The notes beneath the pieces were generated by a model. The model was not told where the DNA came from, ran no database searches, and was given only the letters and a program-made list of their open reading frames with translations. The position numbers and the translations under genes are program-made. Source: Trichoplax adhaerens (lineage: Eukaryota > Animalia > Placozoa). From it: a stretch of 64,000 nt of DNA. This document shows, piece after piece, positions 26,740-43,352 of this stretch. Position 1 is the first letter of the stretch, and each line of letters begins with the position of its first letter. Where the stretch lies: NCBI RefSeq assembly GCF_000150275.1, contig NW_002060943.1, positions 3,864,008-3,928,007 of the forward strand. The letters run 5' to 3'.

Positions 26740-29700
26740 ATGAAATTATCACCGCGAAAATATCAACTAGATCTTGCTGTGATCGCGCAAGAAAGAAATA
26801 CAATAGTCTATTTAGAAACGGGTAGTGGGAAAACCTTGATTGCTGTCCTTGTCATTCGACAATTGTACAGGGAGCTATCCAAGAGCCTACAAGCAGGAGG
26901 CAAGAGAGCTATTTTCCTAGTTAACACAGGTGCGATGCCCTTTACCTGACATAGATATTGATATGCAAGTAGGATAATCGTATCCACAGTGGTTAATTTG
27001 TATTATTATTTAATGCTACTCTATCCTGGTGATATGCAAGTAGGATCCACAGTGGTTAATTTGTAACTTAAAAGATGTTGTGTATTTATCATTATCTTAA
27101 TAATATCTATCCGTTACTATGCAGTCCCTCTTGTTCACCAGCAAGCCAAATTTATTGCCGATCAAACTAGTTTCTGCGTTGGTAAACTATTTGGTAAATG
27201 TAATAGTGATAAACGTCGTTCCAATTGGAAAGATTTTTTCGATAAAAACAACGTTATAGTTGGCACACCGCAAACGTTATTAAGACTTTTAGAATTGAAT
27301 ATTGTCAACATGCAGATGATCAATTTGATAGTATTTGATGAATGCCATCATGCCACCAAACATCATCCGTATAGCCGTATCATGGATGCCGTAAAAGCAC
27401 TCGAAGAACAGGGCAGACCTAAAATTCTTGGTTTGACTGCATGTATATTTAAAGGAGAATGTAAACCGAGCAAAGTGCCCCAAAGGTTAGCAGAACTAGA
27501 GGAAAAATTATCAAGTACTATCGCTATTCCGGGTTACTTAACTTACATCGATAAAAACAAGACACCTCCAACAGAATATGTAATCGATTACGAAACCACA
27601 GAAACCTCTATTTTTGAACAAGTAGAAGCGCTGTCAGATTGTTCTTTCCTCTTGAAAGGATTCGATGCAATGTATTCCAATTCTTTTGAGAGTAAAGCGC
27701 AACGTGAACAGCAATCTACTTCATTGCAACTTGTGTTGACAGCATTTGACGAAGCTATTCTCACAGTCAACACTTTTGGTTTACGTATATTTCCTTTGGT
27801 CGCCGAAAGTATCGTGAAATGTATCAGAAAGGAATTAAGGATGTTTAGGGGAAAGGATGGAATCGATTACAAACTTTCCGCTAGTAATTCTTGGTTTCGG
27901 CCTGTTATACGAATATTAGAAGCCAAACTTAGCACTAAGATTGATGAATCCCACCCTTGTTATACGTGTTCTCATTTTGCCAAGTTATTGGATGTATTGA
28001 CCACCTTCAAAGAGCAAGATACTGGTATCATCTTTGTCGATAGAAGAGTTACCGCCTTCGTTTTACATGAATTACTCGTGCGAATTTCACATACGGATCC
28101 CAATTTAGCCCATTTAAATGTTGGTTGTGTCATTGGCCGTAGTAGTATCAAGAGCCAACTTTTAGGACAAGCGCAAATGAGTCGATATGAGCAAGAAGAA
28201 GTGATGAACCGATTCCGAAGGCATAAATATAATTTATTAGTTGCTACAAATGTGCTGGAAGAAGGTGTCGATGTATCTGAGTGCAATGTAGTTATAAGAT
28301 TTGATCGCGTCAATCATTTTAGTTCATATTTACAGTCTAGAGGGAGAGCGCGTGCTGACGACTCTTCCTATGTACTGATGATCAATCGAGAAAACCTTGA
28401 TGCATTCATGGAAGAATATAACTCGTGGCATTCGGTAGAAAAATTCCTACGTAGCTCACCAGAATTGCTGAATACTATCGTTTCTGGCATAAGCAAGTCC
28501 CTTTTCTCAAATGATAATAGTACGACTGATGCAAGCACAATCAGCAGCAAATTTGTCGTTGAAACTACCGGTGCCGAAGTTAACCTGTTTTCAGCTATCA
28601 GTGTATTGCTCAGGTTGGTGTACAGTCTAGTGTGTTTCAAAACTTGCTGTAATTTTCATTTGATCGGTAAAATACGGTTAAGTGAAATAATATCAATTAC
28701 TCAAAAAAAGGTACAGTCAAAGCATGATCAATGGTAAATCTCCTGAATTTGAGTACGAGACGAATGATGATCGGACTCGAGCTAAAATAAAGTTGATATT
28801 TTCTAATCCGCCCGAAAAAACTACCATAGAGGTTTGAATTAATTAACAAGTAATACTAGCATTAATTTGGATTATAGTTGTTACGTTACAAAGTCACATG
28901 CAAGCTCATACAAAATCTATATATACTCTTCTTATGCTGATATAAATAAAATTGAACCCCTGTAATAAGGGTCCAATGATGCAAAGTAAAAAAATTGCAA
29001 AAAAAGCCTCCGCCTTAGAAGCATGTAAATTCCTTCATGAAGTTGGTGAAATTACCGATAACTTGGAACCGAATGTGGGAAAGTATCATCAGTCTATTGA
29101 TAAAAGCCAGTATAAGCAATTTCCGATTAAGGTATTTTATTAACTAACTTAAACTATAATATGTATTACGTGCAATGTATAATTTATTTGCTGCAAATAT
29201 TGCGCAAAATCTTAACAAAATGTAATGATATGATCTAATATTCAAAATTAACATTATCAACATATGCTAAATGCTAGTTCCCCGACAATTTATCGATGCC
29301 AATCGAGGATGGTGATAACTTCTATCTTCACATGATTAAGATTGAGCTAAAGAACAGCACAATAGAGTCTATTGATACTGTCAGTTGTAGTTCGGACTTC
29401 GGATTAATATGCAAGACTAAGTTACACGAGGTATGGTCCTAAATTGTACTTGGATTTGTAAACTTTACATTCCGTTATTCCACGTTATTTTCAGAAGATA
29501 ATTGGTGCTAATGGCTAGAAAATTTAATATATATCTTTGCGTTGATAGATTGAGCCAACTTATTTACAAACATCGTGTGGCGACATATTATTTTCGTTAC
29601 AATCACTGGCTGTCCCGATGCACTATTCATGCGATGAATTAAGCCTTATTTCGAAATTTGTAGAGTATTTATTTACCAATATCACACCCTGTAGTACAAT

Positions 29701-31862
29701 AACGGACTTAATCTACGATCCTACAAACAGTTATGCAAAATACATGATTGTTCCTCTAAATTACGCCAAGAGCAGCAGGTTGCTACATTCCCTTTCAGCT
29801 AACTAGAATTATTCTTTGCTTGGATTCAATATACTTTAATTGCATAGAATTAGCCGTATAGGGAATACAAGTTTGAATGTAATACTTTGACATTTTTCAT
29901 TAATTTAAATTATTGACTACTTTTAGGTCTATGTATTCTATAAATTTTGAATTAATGGCAACGCTATTGAAGCCACGGAAATACTGGCCCTTTGCTAGTA
30001 ATCTCGGTGATGGTTGCAAGAACGTTAATGACCTCTTAATAGTCAAAAATTACGGCCACTGGGTTACGAACCAAGTCGACGTATACGCTCTGCGAAACAT
30101 CTGCTACGACCTCTCACCGCTTTCTCGTTTTCCGACGGATAAGCGACTTACTTATAAAGCATATTACCATCGCAAATATCACACCAGAATTGAGAACTCA
30201 AATCAACCTTTATTCGCTGTTAAGACATTGCATCGATTCCCTGTAGCTTTAGTGCATGAAAATTGCATATCCCCTTGTAATAATACTACTGAAAGTAAGA
30301 AAAGTAATAGTGGTTTCGTACACTTAGTGCCTGAGTTATGCCTTGTTCATCCATTTTCCGCATCAATGTGGATGCTCTCACAGTTTTTACCTCTGACCTT
30401 ATACAAAATAGAGAAGAATTGTCTTGCTTATGAGATGATCGATTATATTCAGTGCGCATCCATTCTGAAGAAAGTAACGGAACCTCGAAGGAAAAAACTA
30501 TTGCTACGTGAAACAACCAACCTCGTGGATCGTATCACTCAGTCATTAACCCTCCCTATTGCAGAAGAGCAATGTAATTTTAATAAGATTAAATATATAG
30601 GAAAAGTTTTTATCAAATTGGTTCTCGCTGTTAATTTATACCAAACCTGCCCTGATGATAATTCCTATGCTCTAACCATGAAACGACGACAGCAAAGTAG
30701 CGAATTTTATCTGTTTAATCTAGCTGCTAAGACAAATATTCCATCCTATATTATCAGCAAGCCTTTCAATCAGTTAAAGTGTTGGATTCCCCCTGGTTTT
30801 ACTTTTAGCATCCGTTGCAAGGATGATAGCTCTAGCGATTCAGCCTTGGCTGAAAGGACGATTATAGAATCGATAACAGACAATTTTTTATCTGTTAAGT
30901 CAATAGCGGAATGCATATCTGCAATTGTTGGAGCACTGTTATTTCCTGATAACGAAACTGAAGGCTTAAACTTTCTAAAATGGCTTGGATTTGCCATTGA
31001 GCCATTTTCCTCAATCAGCAACGGTTTTGACGTCTGGAATGAAAAGATTACTCACATGATTGAAGAATCTAATTCCCAGTCGTGGTTAGAGAAACTACAC
31101 AAATTTGAGGAAAATCTTGGATACAAATTCATTAATATTGATTACTTAATTTTAGCCTTTACACATTCATCAAGCGAATTTGGAGATTCTTTTAATTACG
31201 AAAAATTAGAGTTCGTTGGTGATTCGATTTTGAATTATCTCGTTATTAAATACTTGTTTTTGGCAACAGATCAAGACATAACTAGATCTAAATTTTTTTA
31301 TGGTATTGCTATATCAAATGAGGTCTATGGTTTATTATCTTATGCATATAACTTTCACCATCTATTTTATCAGTCCCCTTTCGTAAAGGAGATGATCCTT
31401 GGTTTTGAGAAGAAAACGGCCGATTTACTTGAGGTAGCGTACTGGATTCTATAGTCTTGATCTATTAGGATTAAGAAGCTATTGTGAATAAATTCTGATC
31501 GTAGTATTTATCATCTTAGGGAGGTTCTATACCAAGAAATGGCAATAAGCACGATTGGGTGTACACTATTTTTTCGAAATCAATCGACGACGATTTCAGT
31601 ATTCCAAAGGAACTTGCTGACGTTTTTGAATCTTTAGCTGCAGCTATTTATTTTGATAGTGGTCAAAATCTTTCGACCGTATGGAATATTTATTCAAATT
31701 TATTAAAACCTTTTCTAGGTAATGTAGTCATAACGCAAACATAGAGAATGTTGCTGCGTAACGTTAAATTGCTATTAACACTGAATACGTTTCTTATCGA
31801 ATATAGACAAGCTGCTGAAAGATAATCAAAAAAATTTCCAAGAACTCAACGGTGAAGATTGA
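26740..31862 (+). CDS. Dicer: Dicer-family protein, 9 exons, ~1368 aa: DExH helicase, DUF283, platform/PAZ, catalytically degenerate RNase IIIa, intact RNase IIIb, no C-terminal dsRBD
   Basis: Exons 26740-26929, 27125-28613, 28711-28831, 28970-29131, 29278-29430, 29549-29778, 29927-31433, 31520-31718, 31807-31862; all GT-AG, phases consistent, 4107 nt total. Motifs PRKYQ, ETGSGKT, DECHH, LGLTA, IIFVDRR, ATNVLEEGVDV, QSRGRAR; DUF283 SKKIAKKASALEACKFLHEVGEITDNLEP; PAZ LSPLSRFP...YYHRKY...QPL...LVPELC; RNase IIIb YEKLEFVGDSIL and PKELADVFESLAAAIYFD. Confidence 0.95.
26959..27065. repeat. Short direct duplication within Dicer intron 1
   Basis: tgatatgcaagtaggataatcgtatccacagtggttaatttgta versus tgatatgcaagtaggatccacagtggttaatttgta; identical apart from an 8-nt indel. 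Confidence 0.85.
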
Positions 31863-32156
31863 ATTTGATTAAAATAGTCCTTTATGCCATGACTGATACT
31901 TTAATAATGAGTGGCTCAGTATTCATTTCGGTTAGCAGCAAGAGTATTTTACAATTTTAGGATAGCTTTAAATAAAGGCGTATATCGTGTGTATGTACTT
32001 TATCAGTAAAATAACTGAAAATTATGAACATCGAAAAGTTAATTATCTGTTTAGTTTATCTTGTTGTTCGGATATTAATGACTACAAATACATAATTACA
32101 TTTGAAGTTAACATGTTTGTTTGTTAGTTATATAAGTATGTTGCTATCATTGATCT

Positions 32157-33414
32157 TCATCCACTTGCTGTTACTGGAATTGTATGACAGTGGTGGTCTT
32201 CCATATGACGATGTCTATAGAAATAGAAGTAGTTAAAATAAAATAATGATTGGCACGTTTGCTTTATCAATTTTGTAACAGTTTAAAACAAAAGCAGACC
32301 TTGCACAGTAATCGTGATGGCATCTAAGGCACTTGAAAGGTATTAACTCGTGAGTTCTACACTGCTTCATTGAGCATTTATTGCTCTTGGATGACCCTTC
32401 GCTAGCTACATTGTCTTTGCATCCGCTCATAATATGTCTCTCCACCTATTTTCATAAAACCCAACGTAAGTTTAAAGGCTGAAGTATTAGTCATAGAAGG
32501 TCATGTACAGTAACCGTTGCATGTTATGTTAATGCAAACATCTTTGTGATATGCTAGGATGAATAAAACTTGGTAATTATAGTCGATGCTGCAATTGTAA
32601 GATTATGTGTAAGCTTAAAACTTTGTTATTTGTTCTGTACACCTACAATATTGCTTTGATTTGTTCAACGAACCTGGTCATTCAGATTGAGTTTTGGATC
32701 TCTTCGTATTAGTTTATCACAGAGGGGACATGTTGCTATTTTTACCTATTTTAAAAAAAAAAATAATAATTAGTACGTGCTCGTAAATAAGCTTACTATT
32801 ACGGTAATGCAAAAGACTACCAGAAGTTAACTTCTTTGCCACTGAACTAATAACGTGACTGTAATGTCAACGCATATGGAAGCTACTAAATTATTGCAAT
32901 TGTTTTGTTAAAGTTTGATAGGAAATTGGAGCTATGGTATGAATCTCATACATCTTTATCAGCAAAGGCTTTGCATTGATGCGCTACGTGACTTCGATGA
33001 TTCAAGCTGAAATTGGTAGTAAAAATGAACGATATGAGTAGGCAAGTTCGATAATGATCATTGGCAGTTTAATTGTAACCACTGGTAATAGACAATAAAC
33101 CATGCTATACGCATGCAGAATGCACGTATTGGTTATTCCATTTCGTACAAAGTTAACGTATAAACATGCATTCAAATTTTACCATCGTGAAATCATATTA
33201 CTGTATAATTATAGCATTATTTCATCGTTTTATCGTTGCTTCATTCATCATTAAATTATGGTGCGCTACACATACAATATGGGTATATGAAGTTGATACC
33301 TTACCAGAAAATTTTGTGGCAGTCGTTACAAGTAAAGGGTAAAAAATCCAACTGATTGCAATCTTTCACGGAACAATGTCGTCCAATCGACAATAAATCA
33401 TGCTCCATATTCAT
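32157..33414 (-). CDS. ZFAND2: AN1-type zinc finger protein, ZFAND2/AIRAP family, 5 exons, ~146 aa
   Basis: Exons 33414-33305, 33006-32952, 32745-32674, 32445-32300, 32214-32157. Translation: MNMEHDLLSIGRHCSVKDCNQLDFLPFTCNDCHKIFCLNHRSHVAHQC...CPLCDKLI...VERHIMSGC...NKCSMKQCRTHELIPFKCLRCHHDYCARHRHMEDHHC. Two AN1 fingers flank a CxxC...HxxxxC module. Confidence 0.9.
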
Positions 33415-34104
33415 TTGCGAATTTTGAATTTTATTGGTGGCGCTCGGTTTTCAGTCGTCGAGATGACTTCAGTAGTTCAATAAAGTTAAGTTCCAATATC
33501 AGTATTTAAACCAACTACTTCAATGTTGTCAATTTATACAGTAAGTCTATCGTACCAAAACTATTGGTAGAGGTTACTCAATCTTGCACTGTGCTGTAGT
33601 AGTAGGATGTATACGTAGACTGTACGAAAATATAGTGCTTGTCAATCTTAACTTTGAATGATTATTGATCCGTTAATGCTCAAGTCGTGTAAGAAATGAC
33701 TTGAATATGCGATCTAGCATGAGATTTTATCTATTGATGCTTGACCTTTGGTTTCCTTCCACTAGTGTATTTTATTTACCTTCTAGAAGTTTCTTTTCAA
33801 TGAGCGATACAAGACTTCTCGATTGCAGCTACTATTTCCGGGCAATATTAGTCAGAACTTCCTTCTAATGAATATAATATAGTCGAACCAATAGCCTACT
33901 AGTAAAGCATTGATATATTCGATTTGCTTACCGTAAGGCGTTAAAAATAATCGCCTGCACGATTTTCATCGATTCATTCGAATGTTCATCAAAATTTGCC
34001 GATTCATTCAGATGTCAACAAAAACGACTGCTAGTTCGCTGATGAAAGCATGACGTAGCAGCGATGACGTCACGGCTATTTATTGTTGATTTTCAAAACT
34101 CTTG

Positions 34105-34940
34105 GGTACTACCGTACTGGTACTGTACAGTACAGTGTACAGTAGGAACTAGGGAGTAAAGTACTGTAGTAAGGGAGGGACGCAAAGGTTGCTTCAAAGC
34201 AAAATTATACTTTACCGCGTACTCATCGACTACTTGAAGTCCATGTCACGCTGCACAAAACCAAGTTTGCATCCAATTGCAGTTAATGCTAGGTAATACT
34301 GTATACCGTTGCAAATATTTAGGGAGTTTAAGATCACGAAAACGCGACGGCGACTCCTTTTTTACTTTACTCAGTCTACGGTATATCAGACAGACGGACT
34401 TTTCTGACCAAATGAGACCGTCGAAAAATGACTACTTAGTATGGATCTTCCGTATCTGTTTCTAAATCACTGGTACTAATTTAAATACCATCTATAATCC
34501 TATATAGAACTGTTTTCAAGCAGATCTTTGTAACAGACAATAAGGTTCAATGTAATATTACTCAGTTGAGAAAAAATCAGTCAATTCAAAATGGAGCGTC
34601 TTCATACTCTCGTGGTGCCATAAAACGAAGTGTTTGGCATACTGTACTGTACACTGTACAGTAATATTTTGACGAGATGAGGCCCAGGTGTCTGTCCGTC
34701 CAACAATGATGCTGTATCATTCTTGGACTACAGTACAGCCACAGTGAGCAAGCGCAAAGACACAGTTTTATGCCGTCATCTAACTAATACAATCTGGACC
34801 CGAAATGATGATACAGTATGACACCCCTCATCGTGCTGGCTGTTGTCCTTCCGAAAGGTTCTACTGTGTACTGTAACTCTATCGTATGGTACAGTACTGT
34901 ACAGTACAGTACTTCAGTCAATGGTACTGTACTGGTACTC
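34105..34940. repeat. Clusters of TACTG/CAGTA palindromic pentamer repeats between the divergent ZFAND2 and OCIAD1 genes
   Basis: gtactggtactgtacagtacagtgtacagtag (~34114), tactgtactgtacactgtacagta (~34640), gtacagtactgtacagtacagtac (~34889), ggtactgtactggtac (~34923). Confidence 0.75.
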
Positions 34941-35059
34941 TACCGTCCTCTGAGCATCTGCACTCTGCGACCTGTTCTCATACGCACTCTCGCAAGTCGT
35001 TACCAGTGGCTTGCAAACTTGCTCAAGGATTCAAATCGATTCGATGCTGATTGTTCAAT

Positions 35060-35887
35060 ATGTCAAATCGTGGTGAAGAAATGCCCAGCGAAGATGCCTC
35101 GGCTAAGGTCTCTGACGTAGAATACGACAAGAGGGGCTTACCAAGATTAACACCGCAAGAAGAAGCCGTACTGCGTGAATGTCGTAGCCATTCACTCTAT
35201 TACCGTGGTATTCCTCTAGGAATAATTTCTGTGGTAATTACCAGACGTGCAGCCGCGTCGTCGCCCCATATTCATCGTTGGAGAGCATTTTACTACGTTG
35301 GAATTTTTGGCTTAAGTCTGTTAACGGGAATAGCATCTTATAGACGTCAGTGTATGGCAAAAATATTACAATTGGAAAATTCTCCTTTAGCTGACCGATT
35401 AAAAGAACAATTGAAAGGTCACAGCCCATACCAGCGATTACATCAGTGGCAGCAACATCAACAAGATCAAAATAATCAAGCAACTTTGCAACAAGGGGGA
35501 CAGCCAGTTGGTAGCCTATCTCCTCGTTCAACGTCGTCCTTCGACAGCAACAGAGAGAATTATAAAGATCGTGAAGAGCTACCAGCCTTTCGGAATAAGC
35601 CCTATGATGACCTTAAACTAGGTACGAATACTACTTCTACTTCAGCGCAAGCCGCACCACTAGCAATCTGGGACGACGATGAAAAACCTGATCGACGCCA
35701 GCAGGTTTCTTATAGCGATTTGCGTCAGCAAAACCGAACTCGTTGGGCAGAAAATGATGATAGAAAACAGCGAGGTGTTCCTGAAAGTATGGATAAAAAT
35801 AGCGGTAGTTCTTCGATGCAAGGGAAACAGGATGGCTTTCGAAAGCCCGTAAGGACTAATAAGTATGGTGACCCAATCGATGAATAA
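35060..35887 (+). CDS. OCIAD1: OCIA domain-containing protein (OCIAD1/asrij-like), single coding exon, ~275 aa
   Basis: LTPQEEAVLRECRSHSLYYRGIPLG...GIASYRRQCMAKILQLENSPLADRLK (OCIA domain), SYSDLRQQNR and terminal NKYGD are family-typical. First ATG at 35060. Confidence 0.88.
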   Translation: MSNRGEEMPSEDASAKVSDVEYDKRGLPRLTPQEEAVLRECRSHSLYYRGIPLGIISVVITRRAAASSPHIHRWRAFYYVGIFGLSLLTGIASYRRQCMAKILQLENSPLADRLKEQLKGHSPYQRLHQWQQHQQDQNNQATLQQGGQPVGSLSPRSTSSFDSNRENYKDREELPAFRNKPYDDLKLGTNTTSTSAQAAPLAIWDDDEKPDRRQQVSYSDLRQQNRTRWAENDDRKQRGVPESMDKNSGSSSMQGKQDGFRKPVRTNKYGDPIDE

Positions 35888-37134
35888 TAATAATTAATAA
35901 TTATTAGTGCTGTAGATTGATCAGAAATGTTGTGCAGTAATAATGCAAATCAAGTGTCAACTTGTTCCATGGCCTAAATAGCAAAATGTTGTCGTTTGTG
36001 ATAGTACAACTATTTTTTGCAACTGTACTCCAATCTCTGTTGTATATTTCGTATCTTCAACTAAAATTCATAAATTACGACCCGATTGAGAGGTCTCAAC
36101 ATCTATGTACGCATGTTTAGAGTTAAAATAATAATTTCCAAAAAGAGATTTGAGCTACAGCTTTAAAATTATCCTTCATACACTGTCGATGCAGCATGCT
36201 TTAATTAACCACATATACAACAACAGTGATTCGTATAGGCCAATGAGCAGTGACTGAAGCTTAAAATCTTTATGATATTGCCTGTAGTAATTTTTTAAAT
36301 GCGCTTAATAATGCAATACTTGTCGTATGAATTAGCAAGTAGATTACATGTTCTCTGCAATTTACATGTCCAGTTTTAAATTGATCATGCGTGCAGTACA
36401 GTATGTTCTGATGTATAAATGATATAATGTACGATACCAATACCGGATATGGAAAACTACACCTTGACCTTATATCGCAAATATTTAGTAATCTTCAGAC
36501 TGTAAAGATGTGGTAACTCGAGGGATTGAATCCTTAAAAGTGGTTATGGAAATTAATAGTCACTGATCAAGATTACTGAATGTAAATTGCGCTTTTTCAA
36601 AAGGATGTAGTGTATTGTTATGATCGCAATATCCAGGCTGCAAGCTCACACATCGCAGTGAATAAATAGTGTTGCAGTAGCAATCGTAATAGGACAAATA
36701 ATTTCCATCACTATTAACGCAGATAAGGTTCGATCAATGACCTACAACAATGGTGCTTGGAAGAAAGCAATTCGCAGTAAAACCGAATCATAAAATCATG
36801 TATTGATCATACCCAGAAAGCGTATGTATGATTTATTTTATGTTGTCGCAATTAAAAGATATTTAATATACTGTTGAAGCCAGCAACTTAGGGCTCCGGG
36901 AGCCCACAGCAACTTGACAAAAAATGTCTATTAGAAGAGTGTAACTGCATGTGATATCAGTTGCAGAGCGAAAACATCACATATGTCTAGAAAAAAGCAG
37001 TAAAATGAAATTACCCTTACCTAATCATGCTAAATACCGCTAAAAAAATGTACCTTCAAATCAATTGCTATAACATGATTGAGTACTATTGTTATATTGA
37101 TTTAAACGGGTATGTTCTGCAAAGAGTATATTTA

Positions 37135-42640
<5,506 letters not shown>

Positions 42641-43352
42641 TTTTTCGATTTTTCAGCACGCGCTCGTTATCAATACAAAGAATCGTAAAATACAACGTTC
42701 AGTACACAGCAATTGGCTATTGTAGCGTGTGGCTTGTATGAAGCTTGATTGACTTGACCCTTGTCTTTAATACACGGCGAAGGTTACATCATTACAAAGC
42801 ACAGTATGTCGCAGGGTACACTCCTACTATGCTCCTACTCGCCTCCTATTGTAAAAAAATTGAAACAATTTACTATCTGATGCTCAACCAATCAAACCGA
42901 CTGACAGCACAGTACAATACGGTACTGGTTTTACTACAGTAGTAATACTGTATTGATACGCTTGCGTACTACGAGGCACGAAACTTGACCTGCATGGAAC
43001 TCAGTCTACTGTACAGTACGACGTGCTTAACCCGATGCGTCATATTCGCGATTCGGCTTCCATATTCATCGTACTGTACTGCGTACAGTGTACAGTACAA
43101 CACCCGTGTTTTGCCACTTTTGTAGATCTACTCTACGCAATCCCAAGACAATTTAGGAACAAGCTCAAGCAAAGTTTTTACTTTTGGGTGCCATTAATAG
43201 AGGTCTGAAAATACAGCAATATGCAAATATCATCCACGACTTCAATTTAAAACTACTGTATATTTGGTTTCACCTCTTTTAAACAGAGGTCATTGATGAT
43301 ACCGCAAATTCCTCCTCAAAATATGCAGAAACAGCCTACAATAATAAATAAA

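Noticed and set aside
27289-31021. Antisense ORFs within Dicer exons (and 35238-35531 within OCIAD1)
   Set aside because: Shadow ORFs of coding sequence with no recognisable motifs.
26740-31862. Dicer as a pseudogene or as two genes (helicase ORF plus RNase III ORF)
   Set aside because: Nine GT-AG exons join in phase into one uninterrupted 4107-nt ORF in canonical domain order.
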